From positions 929,858-993,857 of the forward strand of contig OY969561.1 in NCBI GenBank assembly GCA_963701085.1: a DNA stretch of 64,000 bases. Direction: 5' to 3'. Positions 51,159 through 59,443 of this stretch are shown piece by piece (positions within the stretch are counted from its first letter, which is position 1; each line of letters starts with the position of its first letter). Below the pieces are notes generated by a model. It searched no databases. It had not been told where the DNA came from and worked only from the letters and a program-made list of their open reading frames with translations. The DNA comes from an uncultured bacterium (GTDB taxonomy: Bacteria > Babelota > Babeliae > Babelales > Vermiphilaceae). The position numbers and the translations under genes are program-made.

Positions 51159-52073
51159 ATGCTCCGTAAACATACCATCAATAAAAAATTTTTCCTCATA
51201 ATAATAACTACACTTTTTTTCACCAACATAATCGCCAAAAATTTACCTATCGTGCTTGTTCATGGAATATTTTCGGATGAATATACCATGGTTCCTGCAG
51301 AAAAACATATCCAAGAATATCTTCCTGATGTATACGTTAAAAATATCAGGCTTGGTGAAGGAAGAATAACATCACTCTTTAACATGCATGATCAAGTTGA
51401 ATGGCTCAAACAAGAAATGGAAGCTGATGAACAACTGCAAGATGGTTGCATAATAGTTGCACATTCTCAAGGCGGTCTTGTTGCCCGTTACTTTATTGAA
51501 AAATACAACAACCCGCGTGTGTATATCTATATTGCATGGGGAACTCCTCAAGCAGGAATATTTGGAGCACCAGACAAAATTGATACGTATATTCCATGGT
51601 TAAAAATATTACAACAAATTTCTTATAAATTTGCATACTCCTCATTAATGCAACGACTTATCAGCTTTGCCGGCTACTGGAAACATCCTTTGCATTATGA
51701 AAAATATTTACAAGGCTGCACCTTCTTACCCTTTGTAAACAATGAAATAGATCATGCGGATGCCGCATTATTTAAAGAGAACATCTGCAATCTTGCATGC
51801 ATGGTACTTGTGCTATCAACACAAGATGAAGTTGTTGTTCCTGTTTCATCATGTCATTTTGGATTTCATCCAATAGGATTCCCACAAGAAATTGAAGATC
51901 TCTTTGATTCTCAATGGTACAATGATGATGCCCTGGGACTCAAAACACTTGCTGAAAGTGGTCGATTACACCTCAAATTTGCTCACTGTCCTCATTCAGA
52001 ATTACAATCAGACGAGTACAACTTTGTAGAAAACACATTGCCTTATTTAATATATGAGGTGCCAGTAACATAA
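51159..52073 (+). CDS. secreted palmitoyl-protein-thioesterase-like alpha/beta hydrolase
   Basis: Signal peptide. LPIVLVHGIFSD, nucleophile elbow AHSQGG, GTPQAGIFG, C-terminal WYNDDALGLKTLAESGRLHLKFAHCPH. Order and spacing recall eukaryotic PPT1 (..WHG..., FSQGG, GGQHQGV, ..D.LGLK.....G.L......H). Confidence 0.6.
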   Translation: MLRKHTINKKFFLIIITTLFFTNIIAKNLPIVLVHGIFSDEYTMVPAEKHIQEYLPDVYVKNIRLGEGRITSLFNMHDQVEWLKQEMEADEQLQDGCIIVAHSQGGLVARYFIEKYNNPRVYIYIAWGTPQAGIFGAPDKIDTYIPWLKILQQISYKFAYSSLMQRLISFAGYWKHPLHYEKYLQGCTFLPFVNNEIDHADAALFKENICNLACMVLVLSTQDEVVVPVSSCHFGFHPIGFPQEIEDLFDSQWYNDDALGLKTLAESGRLHLKFAHCPHSELQSDEYNFVENTLPYLIYEVPVT

Positions 52074-52097
52074 ATATAGTTTAATTCATAAAGATTT

Positions 52098-52173
52098 TCT
52101 GCGCTCGTCCTGAACTTGTTGAAGGATGTCCTCGAGCGCTCGAAGACATCCTTCAACAAGTTCAGGACGAGCG
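52098..52173. repeat. palindromic repeat RE-B, near-perfect 76-bp palindrome
   Basis: GCGCTCGTCCTGAACTTGTTGAAGGATGTC - CTCGAGCGCTCGAA - GACATCCTTCAACAAGTTCAGGACGAGCGC (30-bp perfect arms), 25 nt after the stop at 52073. Confidence 0.85.
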
Positions 52174-52223
52174 CGATAAGATATTTTAAAAAAAATTTAA
52201 TGAATATTTCTATAGGAATTACT

Positions 52224-52973
52224 ATGCCCTACCTCTATGTAGCCAACTGGAAAATGAATCTCTCTTTTACTCAAAGCATCAACTTCTGCAAAAATAATCT
52301 TGATGCATTACAACAATTATCAAGTGACACCACTGATATTGTGCTCTGCCCTTCTTTTATTGCACTTGCACCAATTGCTGAAATTTTTAAAAATCATTCT
52401 ATTGCCATTGGCGCACAAGATTGTTCAGAACATGAATCTGGAGCCTATACGGGCGAAGTTTCTGCTGTATCACTTGCAGAAATTGGTATCAAATATTGCA
52501 TAGTTGGCCACAGCGAACGACGCATGTACCATCATGAAACGACTGAAAAAATTGTTAAAAAAATAAAACTTTTGTATGCAGACACTATTATACCCATTAT
52601 CTGTATTGGTGAAGCACAAGAATATTTTGAATATAAAAAAACATATACCATACTAACTGAGCAACTAGAACCAATACTTACTACAATAGCTCAGCAACAG
52701 GAACACTCAAAACATCTTATTATCGCCTATGAACCCATCTGGTCAATTGGCACTGGTATTATTCCAACGCCACAACAACTTACTGCTGTATGTGCATGGA
52801 TTACGGAGCACATAAAACTGCACCTACCTGACCATACCATGCAACTTCTGTATGGGGGCAGCGTTAATCAAAACAATATCGCAACATTAAAAAAAATACC
52901 GCCAATCAATGGTTTTTTGATTGGCGGTGCAAGTACTGATTTTGAGCAGTTTAAAAAAATAATTACCTTATAA
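52224..52973 (+). CDS. tpiA: triosephosphate isomerase
   Basis: ANWKMN, GHSERR, YEPIWSIGTG, YGGSV. The ORF-track start 52116 lies inside the RE-B palindrome, so ATG 52224 (MPYLYVANWKMN) is preferred. Confidence 0.9.
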   Translation: MPYLYVANWKMNLSFTQSINFCKNNLDALQQLSSDTTDIVLCPSFIALAPIAEIFKNHSIAIGAQDCSEHESGAYTGEVSAVSLAEIGIKYCIVGHSERRMYHHETTEKIVKKIKLLYADTIIPIICIGEAQEYFEYKKTYTILTEQLEPILTTIAQQQEHSKHLIIAYEPIWSIGTGIIPTPQQLTAVCAWITEHIKLHLPDHTMQLLYGGSVNQNNIATLKKIPPINGFLIGGASTDFEQFKKIITL

Positions 52974-54062
52974 ATCTTTTTTTATTAATTGACCAATACG
53001 ATTACCAATAATTCTCTCAAGATTCTTTCGTGGAAAACCTTCAATAGCTTTAAACGCTTTTGAATCTGATAAATTAACCAATTCAGCAACCCTTATGTAA
53101 CTATTATCAAAAGCTTTTTGGCAAAGGTATGATGCTACTTCTGGTCTTTTGAATAACACTATCGCTTTACGATTATGAGCAACGTCTATCGGAAAAAATT
53201 CTGAATCAATAGGCATATAAGAATTAGTTACCATAGCACAATAATTATCATGCTTATCACTAACTCTATACCTCTCTTCAAATATGCAAGAATAACCTCC
53301 TAGTAAAGCATTATTCTTATGTTCATAATCAACATAGTTATGCCCATTAACCCATTCTATACTTTCAATTTGTAGAGAATTGATTATCTCCCCTGTTTTC
53401 ATATCCCATATTGAATGAATATTATTATCATCAGTTGCTCGCAAATATTTACCATTAGCAGACATACCTAAAGAAGATGGTTCTATATTTCCATGAGGAC
53501 CATATAAAACAGTAAAATGTATATCCGATAACAACGTTGGCATAATAGCTGTTAATTTCTTATTAATGTCCTTACCAAAAAATAATTTAGAAGCACCATT
53601 AGAAGCAATTCTTTGTGCGCCATTGTCATCACTATCAACATGCAACTCATCATCATACAGCTTATCGATAGTAAGACCTGTGATATCGTCTAATTCCTCA
53701 GTCTTTTTATACACCAAAGCCTGCATTAAATAATTCACGTACCAATGCTGCGCAACAAGCTTTTGCAATACACTCTTTTTATCCATATCTTTTGTAATAT
53801 AGGACTCTATCTTATTCATCTCATCTGTAGCTTTTTGATACGTTAACAATTTATTTTTATACCAACTTACACATACACCAATCAATTTCCTAAAACAGAC
53901 ATCCTCATTAATTCCTAAATGATCTCTATCAATTATATCACGAATATCCGCCGCATATATATCAGAATTAAGCTTGTTAACATCTTCATATTTCATTGCA
54001 AACAAACAAAAAGAGTTAAGCATTACAATATACAAAAAAGAACGTTGTAGTCTTACCATCAA
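52968..54062 (-). CDS. secreted hypothetical protein (364 aa)
   Basis: Leader ..NSFCLFAMK. Stop overlaps the tpiA stop by 6 nt (convergent). No motif recognised. Confidence 0.55.
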   Translation of the reverse strand: MMVRLQRSFLYIVMLNSFCLFAMKYEDVNKLNSDIYAADIRDIIDRDHLGINEDVCFRKLIGVCVSWYKNKLLTYQKATDEMNKIESYITKDMDKKSVLQKLVAQHWYVNYLMQALVYKKTEELDDITGLTIDKLYDDELHVDSDDNGAQRIASNGASKLFFGKDINKKLTAIMPTLLSDIHFTVLYGPHGNIEPSSLGMSANGKYLRATDDNNIHSIWDMKTGEIINSLQIESIEWVNGHNYVDYEHKNNALLGGYSCIFEERYRVSDKHDNYCAMVTNSYMPIDSEFFPIDVAHNRKAIVLFKRPEVASYLCQKAFDNSYIRVAELVNLSDSKAFKAIEGFPRKNLERIIGNRIGQLIKKDL

Positions 54063-54086
54063 AATATCCTTGAAAAAATTAATAAG

Positions 54087-54899
54087 TTAATCCACTTTTT
54101 CTTTTCCAACATCAACAATACTACTTTCCATTTCTGTCAATGAGATAAAATCCTTTGCTCTAAACCCATGTCGCTGATCTTCTTCTTCATCTGTTTCTCT
54201 TAAATAATCATTAATTTTTGAGCTCAAACCAAGATAACAACCCAACGGTATTAAAAGTGGAATAGGTATACATTCACTGGGAGGATTCAACATAAACCAA
54301 AGATAACATTGTAAAAAACAGCAACTATACATTCCGCAACATGCCACATTATGTCTTACATGGTCTTTATTATCCCATAAAGCATTCATGAAAACATCTT
54401 TCATATCCGATGGTTGTCCATAACATACATTGCGCGTCATACTTGTACCATATTTTTCAGCAATTTTTTGTCTTACCTTCAGCGGCAAACCTATAACACG
54501 TTCTGCCATTTTATGTGCAAAATATCTATCTCCCCCTTCTATTCTCAATTTTTCACTATTTTTTACCGTTTTCAATACATACCATAATGTTTGTTTATTC
54601 TCTTCATTTAAAAACGAAATATCACAAACACTCTCAAAAATTTTACTATATTTTGTTGTTATTTTTTGTTCAGATATTTTTACATTATTATTGTTTTTTT
54701 CAGACAAAAAATAGGGATATGCTCGGTCATCCTTTTTACCAAAACAACAGAGACTTTTTTCATCTCTTCTCTTATATTCCCAATCTTGCTCTATCTGTCC
54801 AACTTGTTCCATAGCCTGCAGAGAAAAAGAATAGCTTAACAACATTACATTGAACGTAAAAAGATATAAAAAAGATTGCTTAATACATTTCACCATCAA
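54087..54899 (-). CDS. family D membrane-anchored secreted protein (distant member)
   Basis: Leader ..YSFSLQAME. DWEY...YPYF, LWYVLKTV, IEGGDRYFAHKMAERVIGLPLKVRQKIAEKYG are colinear with the two following paralogues. C-terminal TM region. Confidence 0.55.
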   Translation of the reverse strand: MMVKCIKQSFLYLFTFNVMLLSYSFSLQAMEQVGQIEQDWEYKRRDEKSLCCFGKKDDRAYPYFLSEKNNNNVKISEQKITTKYSKIFESVCDISFLNEENKQTLWYVLKTVKNSEKLRIEGGDRYFAHKMAERVIGLPLKVRQKIAEKYGTSMTRNVCYGQPSDMKDVFMNALWDNKDHVRHNVACCGMYSCCFLQCYLWFMLNPPSECIPIPLLIPLGCYLGLSSKINDYLRETDEEEDQRHGFRAKDFISLTEMESSIVDVGKEKVD

Positions 54900-54977
54900 A
54901 AACTCCTTTGGAAAAAATTAAAATGTTATCATTTTATAGCATAGGTATTGGAAAAAGTCATCGTTAAAAACACAAAA

Positions 54978-54996
54978 ATCCAACAGATTGTTGGAT
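54978..54996 (-). terminator. hairpin terminator after 55039-55944
   Basis: ATCCAACAGATTGTTGGAT palindrome. On the minus strand it is followed by TTTTGTGTTTTT. Confidence 0.45.
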
Positions 54997-55038
54997 TCTT
55001 AACCATGCTCTCAATGGACTTTTTTTTATCAAATACTT

Positions 55039-55944
55039 CTATTTTTGAACAATCTCATATTCCATTTCTTGCAACAAAGGAATTTTCACTAACTCAGTTC
55101 GATATTTTTTGTCTTCAGGTGTTTCATATAACCAATAAAGAACACTTTTTTTCAGACCAAAATAAAACAATATAGTTGTCACCACCATAGTTGTCACCTC
55201 TGAAAAATCTGGTACTGGCCCACCACCTAAAATCTCCCATAAAATAGCTTGAGGTGGAATTGAAAGAAGAGATGCCATGCTTGCCGAGGAATATGCAAAA
55301 AAATTCTTAGCCTCTTCATCATCCAAGCTCCACCTAGCCCCGCATATTGGTTGATTATGTAGACTACTTTCCATTGTTTCACCATACTTTTGAACAATTT
55401 TTTTTCTTATTGATAAAGGCAAATTCAAAATATTTTGAGACATTTTTTGTGAGAAATCTTTATCTAATCCTTCTATTATGATCCGCTCTCTACCTTCTAC
55501 ATCATGCAACACATACCATAATCCTTGTTTCTGTTCTTTTTTTAAATACAAAATATCAAATGTAGTAAGATTAAAAACTTGTTGGCTTTCCTGTATTAAT
55601 AGTTCATCAGGCGAAATCATTTCTGCATAACCTGCATAACAATACTCTAATATTTTATTTGTTACATCGCGTGGAATGCCTACATCTTGCATTGTTTTTG
55701 CCCAAAGCAATTCATCACAAAAAGAACGCTTTAATTGATCCCTATCTTTTTTGGGTATAAAATATGGATATTGAGGCCTATTTCCTCCAGAAATGATTTT
55801 ATCCAAACAACCTGTACGATATTCCCAATCCCCATAAACTTCCATATCCTGCATTTCTTTTGGATCCCTCGCCCTTTTCATCGCTTGTAAAGAAATGGAA
55901 ATAGTCACCAAGCCTATTATTAAAAAATTAACATGATGCATCAT
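55039..55944 (-). CDS. family D membrane-anchored secreted protein
   Basis: Leader MMHHVNFLIIGLVTISISLQAMK. GDWEYRTG, YPYFIPKKDRDQ, GLWYVLHDV, IIEGLDKDFSQKMSQNILNLPLSIRKKIVQKYG. C-terminal YWLYETPEDKKYRTELVKIPLLQEMEYEIVQK. Confidence 0.6.
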   Translation of the reverse strand: MMHHVNFLIIGLVTISISLQAMKRARDPKEMQDMEVYGDWEYRTGCLDKIISGGNRPQYPYFIPKKDRDQLKRSFCDELLWAKTMQDVGIPRDVTNKILEYCYAGYAEMISPDELLIQESQQVFNLTTFDILYLKKEQKQGLWYVLHDVEGRERIIIEGLDKDFSQKMSQNILNLPLSIRKKIVQKYGETMESSLHNQPICGARWSLDDEEAKNFFAYSSASMASLLSIPPQAILWEILGGGPVPDFSEVTTMVVTTILFYFGLKKSVLYWLYETPEDKKYRTELVKIPLLQEMEYEIVQK

Positions 55945-56018
55945 AAAAAACCTTACATCCTAAACTGTTGCATATAATGTAAAATGTTCCCAATGGACTT
56001 TTTTTTTATCAAATACTT

Positions 56019-56900
56019 CTATTTTTGAACAATCTCACATTCCATTTCTTGCAACAAAGGAATTTTCACTAAATTAGTTCGATATCTTTTTTCTTCAGGT
56101 GTTTCATATAACCAATACAGAATACTTTTGTTCAGGCAACAATAAAACAATATAATTGCAGAACAACGTTGTTCTGCCCCAAAACCTAAAGCATCCCATA
56201 AACAACTTTGAAGTGGAATTGAAAAAAAAGATACCGCTTTTGCCAAGCAAGATGCAAAAGAAGCCTTATTTTCTTCATCATCCAAGCACCCCCTAGCCCC
56301 GAATCTTGGCGTATTATGTAGACTACTCTCCATTGTTTTACCATACTTATGAACAATTTTTTTTCTTATTGATAAAGGCAAACTCAAAATATTTTGAGAC
56401 ATTTTTTGTGAAAAATCTTTATCTAATCCTTCTATTGTAATCTGATTTCTATCCCCTACATCATGCAACACATACCATAATGCTTGTTTCTGCTCTTTTT
56501 TTAAACACAAAACATCAAGTGTAGTAAGATTAAAAACTTGTTGGCTTTTCTGTATTAATGGTTCATTAGACAAAATCATTTCTACATAACAATACTCTAG
56601 TATTTTATTTGTTACATCGCGTGGAATACCTACATCTTGCATTTTTTTTGCCAAAAGCAATTCATTGCAAAAAGAACGCTTTGATTGATCCCTATCTTTT
56701 TCGGGTACAAAATATGGATATCGAGGCCTATTTCTTCCAACAGTAAATTGATCCAAAACACCTGTATGATATTCCCAATCCCCATAAGATAGTCTTCTTG
56801 CTTCTATAGCCAGCATTTCTTCTCTCGTTCTTTTCATCGCTTGCAAAGAAGTGGAAATAGTCACTAAGCCTATTATTAAAAAATTAACATGTTGCATCAT
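56019..56900 (-). CDS. family D membrane-anchored secreted protein (recent duplicate of 55039-55944)
   Basis: Same architecture. By analogy with its twin the start is MMQHVNFLIIG (56900), not the ORF-track start at 56927. Confidence 0.6.
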   Translation of the reverse strand: MMQHVNFLIIGLVTISTSLQAMKRTREEMLAIEARRLSYGDWEYHTGVLDQFTVGRNRPRYPYFVPEKDRDQSKRSFCNELLLAKKMQDVGIPRDVTNKILEYCYVEMILSNEPLIQKSQQVFNLTTLDVLCLKKEQKQALWYVLHDVGDRNQITIEGLDKDFSQKMSQNILSLPLSIRKKIVHKYGKTMESSLHNTPRFGARGCLDDEENKASFASCLAKAVSFFSIPLQSCLWDALGFGAEQRCSAIILFYCCLNKSILYWLYETPEEKRYRTNLVKIPLLQEMECEIVQK

Positions 56901-56957
56901 AAAGAACCTCAAAAATATAGTAACCATTCTATTAATATCACGAATTATATCATATTT

Positions 56958-57049
56958 TAGTAAACATTAAAAAATTACACATCAATGGCTTTTTAATTGG
57001 CAGTGCCAGTACTAATTTTGAGAGCTTTGCGGAAATTATCACACAATAA
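56958..57049 (+). pseudogene. relic 3' end of tpiA
   Basis: 56978-57049 reads HINGFLIGSASTNFESFAEIITQ* vs the tpiA end PINGFLIGGASTDFEQFKKIITL* (17 of 23 identical). Nucleotide similarity extends back to about 56958 (AACATTAAAAAATTACACATCAATGG vs AACATTAAAAAAAATACCGCCAATCAATGG). Confidence 0.7.
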
Positions 57050-57290
57050 TCCAACAGCCTGTTGAATTATTAAACATTCTCCCAATCGTTTTTTTTAAGC
57101 ATATTTTATGCAAAAAGTCTCACAAACTGTGAGACTTTTAAACATGCTGTTAATCGCTACTTTTGATAATATTTATATATAGAGTCCCACAAGCTGTGGG
57201 ACTCTTAAATATGCTTCCAATCATTATTTTAAACATATTTATTCAATTATCCCACAGCTTGTAGGACAAATAAATATTCTCCCAATCGTT
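57050..57290 (+). repeat. four tandem units of about 66 bp, each a hairpin plus a conserved tail
   Basis: Unit starts are about 57050, 57117, 57182 and 57249. Hairpins are TCCAACAGCCTGTTGA, GTCTCACAAACTGTGAGAC, AGTCCCACAAGCTGTGGGACT, ATCCCACAGCTTGTAGGAC. Tails are TTAAACATTCTCCCAATCG, TTAAACATGCTGTTAATCG, TTAAATATGCTTCCAATCA, TAAATATTCTCCCAATCG. Related single copies at 54978-55020 and about 55985-56000. Confidence 0.7.
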
Positions 57291-57468
57291 ATTGACATAT
57301 GCTATGATAATAAAAAAATTTCATTCTAAGGACACCGCTAATAATCACCAAAAAAGAAACCTGCACCAGCAAAAAAACCAACCAAAAAAACTAAAAAACC
57401 CTAATTTTATAAAAATTTTAAACATGCTATACTCACACTAATCACTACAATAATAAGAAGGAAAATAT

Positions 57469-57792
57469 ATGTTATACGGACTCTTACTAACACTGTACCT
57501 CACTAATTGCTTTTTTCTCGTCCTCATTATTCTCATGCAAAAAGGAAAAAGTGGCTTAGGCTTGGGCGGCCTTGGTGGCGGTGCTCAAATGCTTTTTGGT
57601 GGTAGCGGCGGACAAGATCTTTTTCAAAAAATTACCTGGGTGCTTGGTACAATTTTTATATCTGGTGCAATGTTACTTTCTCTCATGAAATCATCAGAAC
57701 ATAAAAAATTCAGATATCTTGCTTCTAACAAAACAATAACTCAGCAAGTTGCTCAACAAAATACGCCTACATCAACAGAAGAGTCTGAATAA
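57469..57792 (+). CDS. secG: preprotein translocase subunit SecG
   Basis: Two TM segments flanking a Gly-rich loop (LMQKGKSGLGLGGLGGGAQMLFGGSGGQDLF), the typical SecG signature. Confidence 0.85.
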   Translation: MLYGLLLTLYLTNCFFLVLIILMQKGKSGLGLGGLGGGAQMLFGGSGGQDLFQKITWVLGTIFISGAMLLSLMKSSEHKKFRYLASNKTITQQVAQQNTPTSTEESE

Positions 57793-57830
57793 AAAACTAC
57801 AATCTTTGTTAATGAAAAAAAAGGTGTCGA

Positions 57831-58610
57831 GTGATAATTCACTTTATTAATTTTTTGGGTAGATTCACCTTGGACATATGTGCTTCAACGGGTCAATTTA
57901 CCCTTTTTCTTGTGGAAGCAGTAAAAACATCTGTTACCTCAAAACTCAAGGTTTCCAAAACATTTGCCCAAATGAATCGTATTGGTGTTGAGTCTCTCAG
58001 CATTGTCCTTTTGACCGGTTTATTCACCGGGATGGTTCTTGCTCTCCAAACATACATTGGCTTTCAGCGTGTTGGTGGAGAGCAGTTTATTGGCGCAATC
58101 GTAGCGCTGGGACTTATTCGCGAACTTGGGCCAGTTTTAACCGCTCTGATGGTAACAGGCCGTGCAGGATCAGCTATTACCGCTGAAATTGGCACCATGA
58201 TAATTACTGAACAAGTTGATGCATTAACAACACTGCGCATTAATGTGTTTCAATATTTAGTTGTACCACGCATCATTGCAAGCACATTTATTTTGCCGTT
58301 TCTAACACTTTTTTCTATGTTTTTTGGCATCATAGGCGGCTACATAGTATGCGTGCATGTATTGGAATTAAGCCCAGAAGATTATGAAAGTAGCATTCGC
58401 AACTATGTTGAATTGGCCGATATAAAAGGTGGTCTTAAAAAAGCCGCTGTATTTGGTTTAATTCTTTCATGGGTTGGCACCTACAAAGGAATGTATACCC
58501 ATGGTGGTGCGCGTGGCGTTGGTATTGCAACCACACAAAGCGTTGTTGCTAGTTCAATATTAATTTTAATCACCAACTACTTCTTAACCAAACTCCTTGA
58601 ACATCTCTAA
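57831..58610 (+). CDS. mlaE: MlaE-family ABC transporter permease
   Basis: GVESLSIVLLTGLFTGMVLALQ, RELGPVLTALMVTGRAGSAITAEIGTM.ITEQVDAL. GTG start as given by the ORF track. Confidence 0.85.
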   Translation: MIIHFINFLGRFTLDICASTGQFTLFLVEAVKTSVTSKLKVSKTFAQMNRIGVESLSIVLLTGLFTGMVLALQTYIGFQRVGGEQFIGAIVALGLIRELGPVLTALMVTGRAGSAITAEIGTMIITEQVDALTTLRINVFQYLVVPRIIASTFILPFLTLFSMFFGIIGGYIVCVHVLELSPEDYESSIRNYVELADIKGGLKKAAVFGLILSWVGTYKGMYTHGGARGVGIATTQSVVASSILILITNYFLTKLLEHL

Positions 58611-58624
58611 AAAAGAACTTCGCC

Positions 58625-59420
58625 ATGAAAAAAGAGAACTCCAGCAAAACCAAAATTAAAATTATCGATTTACAAAAAGAATTTGAGGGCCATTGGGTTA
58701 CTCGAGGAGTCAATCTCGATATCCCTGAAGGATTAATGACGGTGATCATTGGTCGATCAGGCGAAGGTAAATCAGTATTACTCAAGCAAGTTATTGGGCT
58801 CATTAAGCCAACATCAGGAACTATTATTGTTGATGGCATGGATATCACCAAACTGTCTGGTGATGAATTAAATGAATGCTACAAAAAATTTGGCTATGTA
58901 TTCCAGTTTGCAGCACTTCTTGATTCACTTCAATGTTTTTGAAAATATTGGCATAACGCTTATTGAACAAGGCATATCACATGCGCAAATTTTGCCTATT
59001 GTTAAAGAAAAATTAAAATTAGTACAATTATCAGAAGACACCTTAGAAAAATATCCCTCAGAACTATCTGGTGGTATGAGAAAACGTGTTGGATTAGCGC
59101 GCACACTAGTCGCTAATCCTGAAATTATTTTATACGACGAACCTACAACCGGCCTTGACCCTATCACTTCTCGCGTTATTCACGAACTCATGTTTGATAT
59201 GCAAAAACGTCTCAAAATAACCTCTGTTATTATTTCTCATGATGTGGAAACATTTAAATATGCAGATAAAGTTGCGCTGCTGCATGATGGAGAAATTAGA
59301 TATTTTGGTGATGCAAAAACAATATGGGAATCAGATAATCCATATATCTATCAATTTATCCGTGGATTAACTGAGGGTCCCATTACTAAAGAAATTACTT
59401 ATTTTAAAGATAAAGAGTAG
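58625..59420 (+). pseudogene. mlaF: MlaF-family ABC transporter ATP-binding protein, one frame change as sequenced
   Basis: Walker A GRSGEGKS (58625-58942). [23 protein letters not shown] (58872-59420). The junction ..[18 protein letters not shown] is restored by removing one base near 58930. Confidence 0.85.
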
Positions 59421-59443
59421 CCGATATACCATTTTTCTTTAAA

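Larger units (their letters stand above)
55012..56910. repeat. tandem duplication (2 x about 0.98 kb), each unit holding one family D gene plus its 3' flank
   Basis: CAATGGACTTTTTTTTTATCAAATACTTCTATTTTTGAACAATCTCA(T/C)ATTCCATTTCTTGCAACAAAGGAATTTTCACTAA starts both units (55012 and 55991). The encoded proteins are near-identical over long stretches. Confidence 0.75.

Noticed and set aside
52968-56957. Mobile element, prophage or genomic island with its own recombinase as the cause of the tpiA-secG interruption
   Set aside because: None of the four ORFs has integrase, transposase or phage motifs, and there are no terminal inverted repeats. The only flank signature is the diverged tpiA 3' relic, so it is reported as an insertion of unknown mechanism, not as a mobile element.
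57050-57290. Possible CRISPR array (regularly spaced palindromic repeats)
   Set aside because: There are only four units. The palindromic parts differ in sequence from unit to unit while the parts between them are conserved, the opposite of repeat/spacer logic. The period of about 66 bp has no unique spacers, and no cas genes are in the window.
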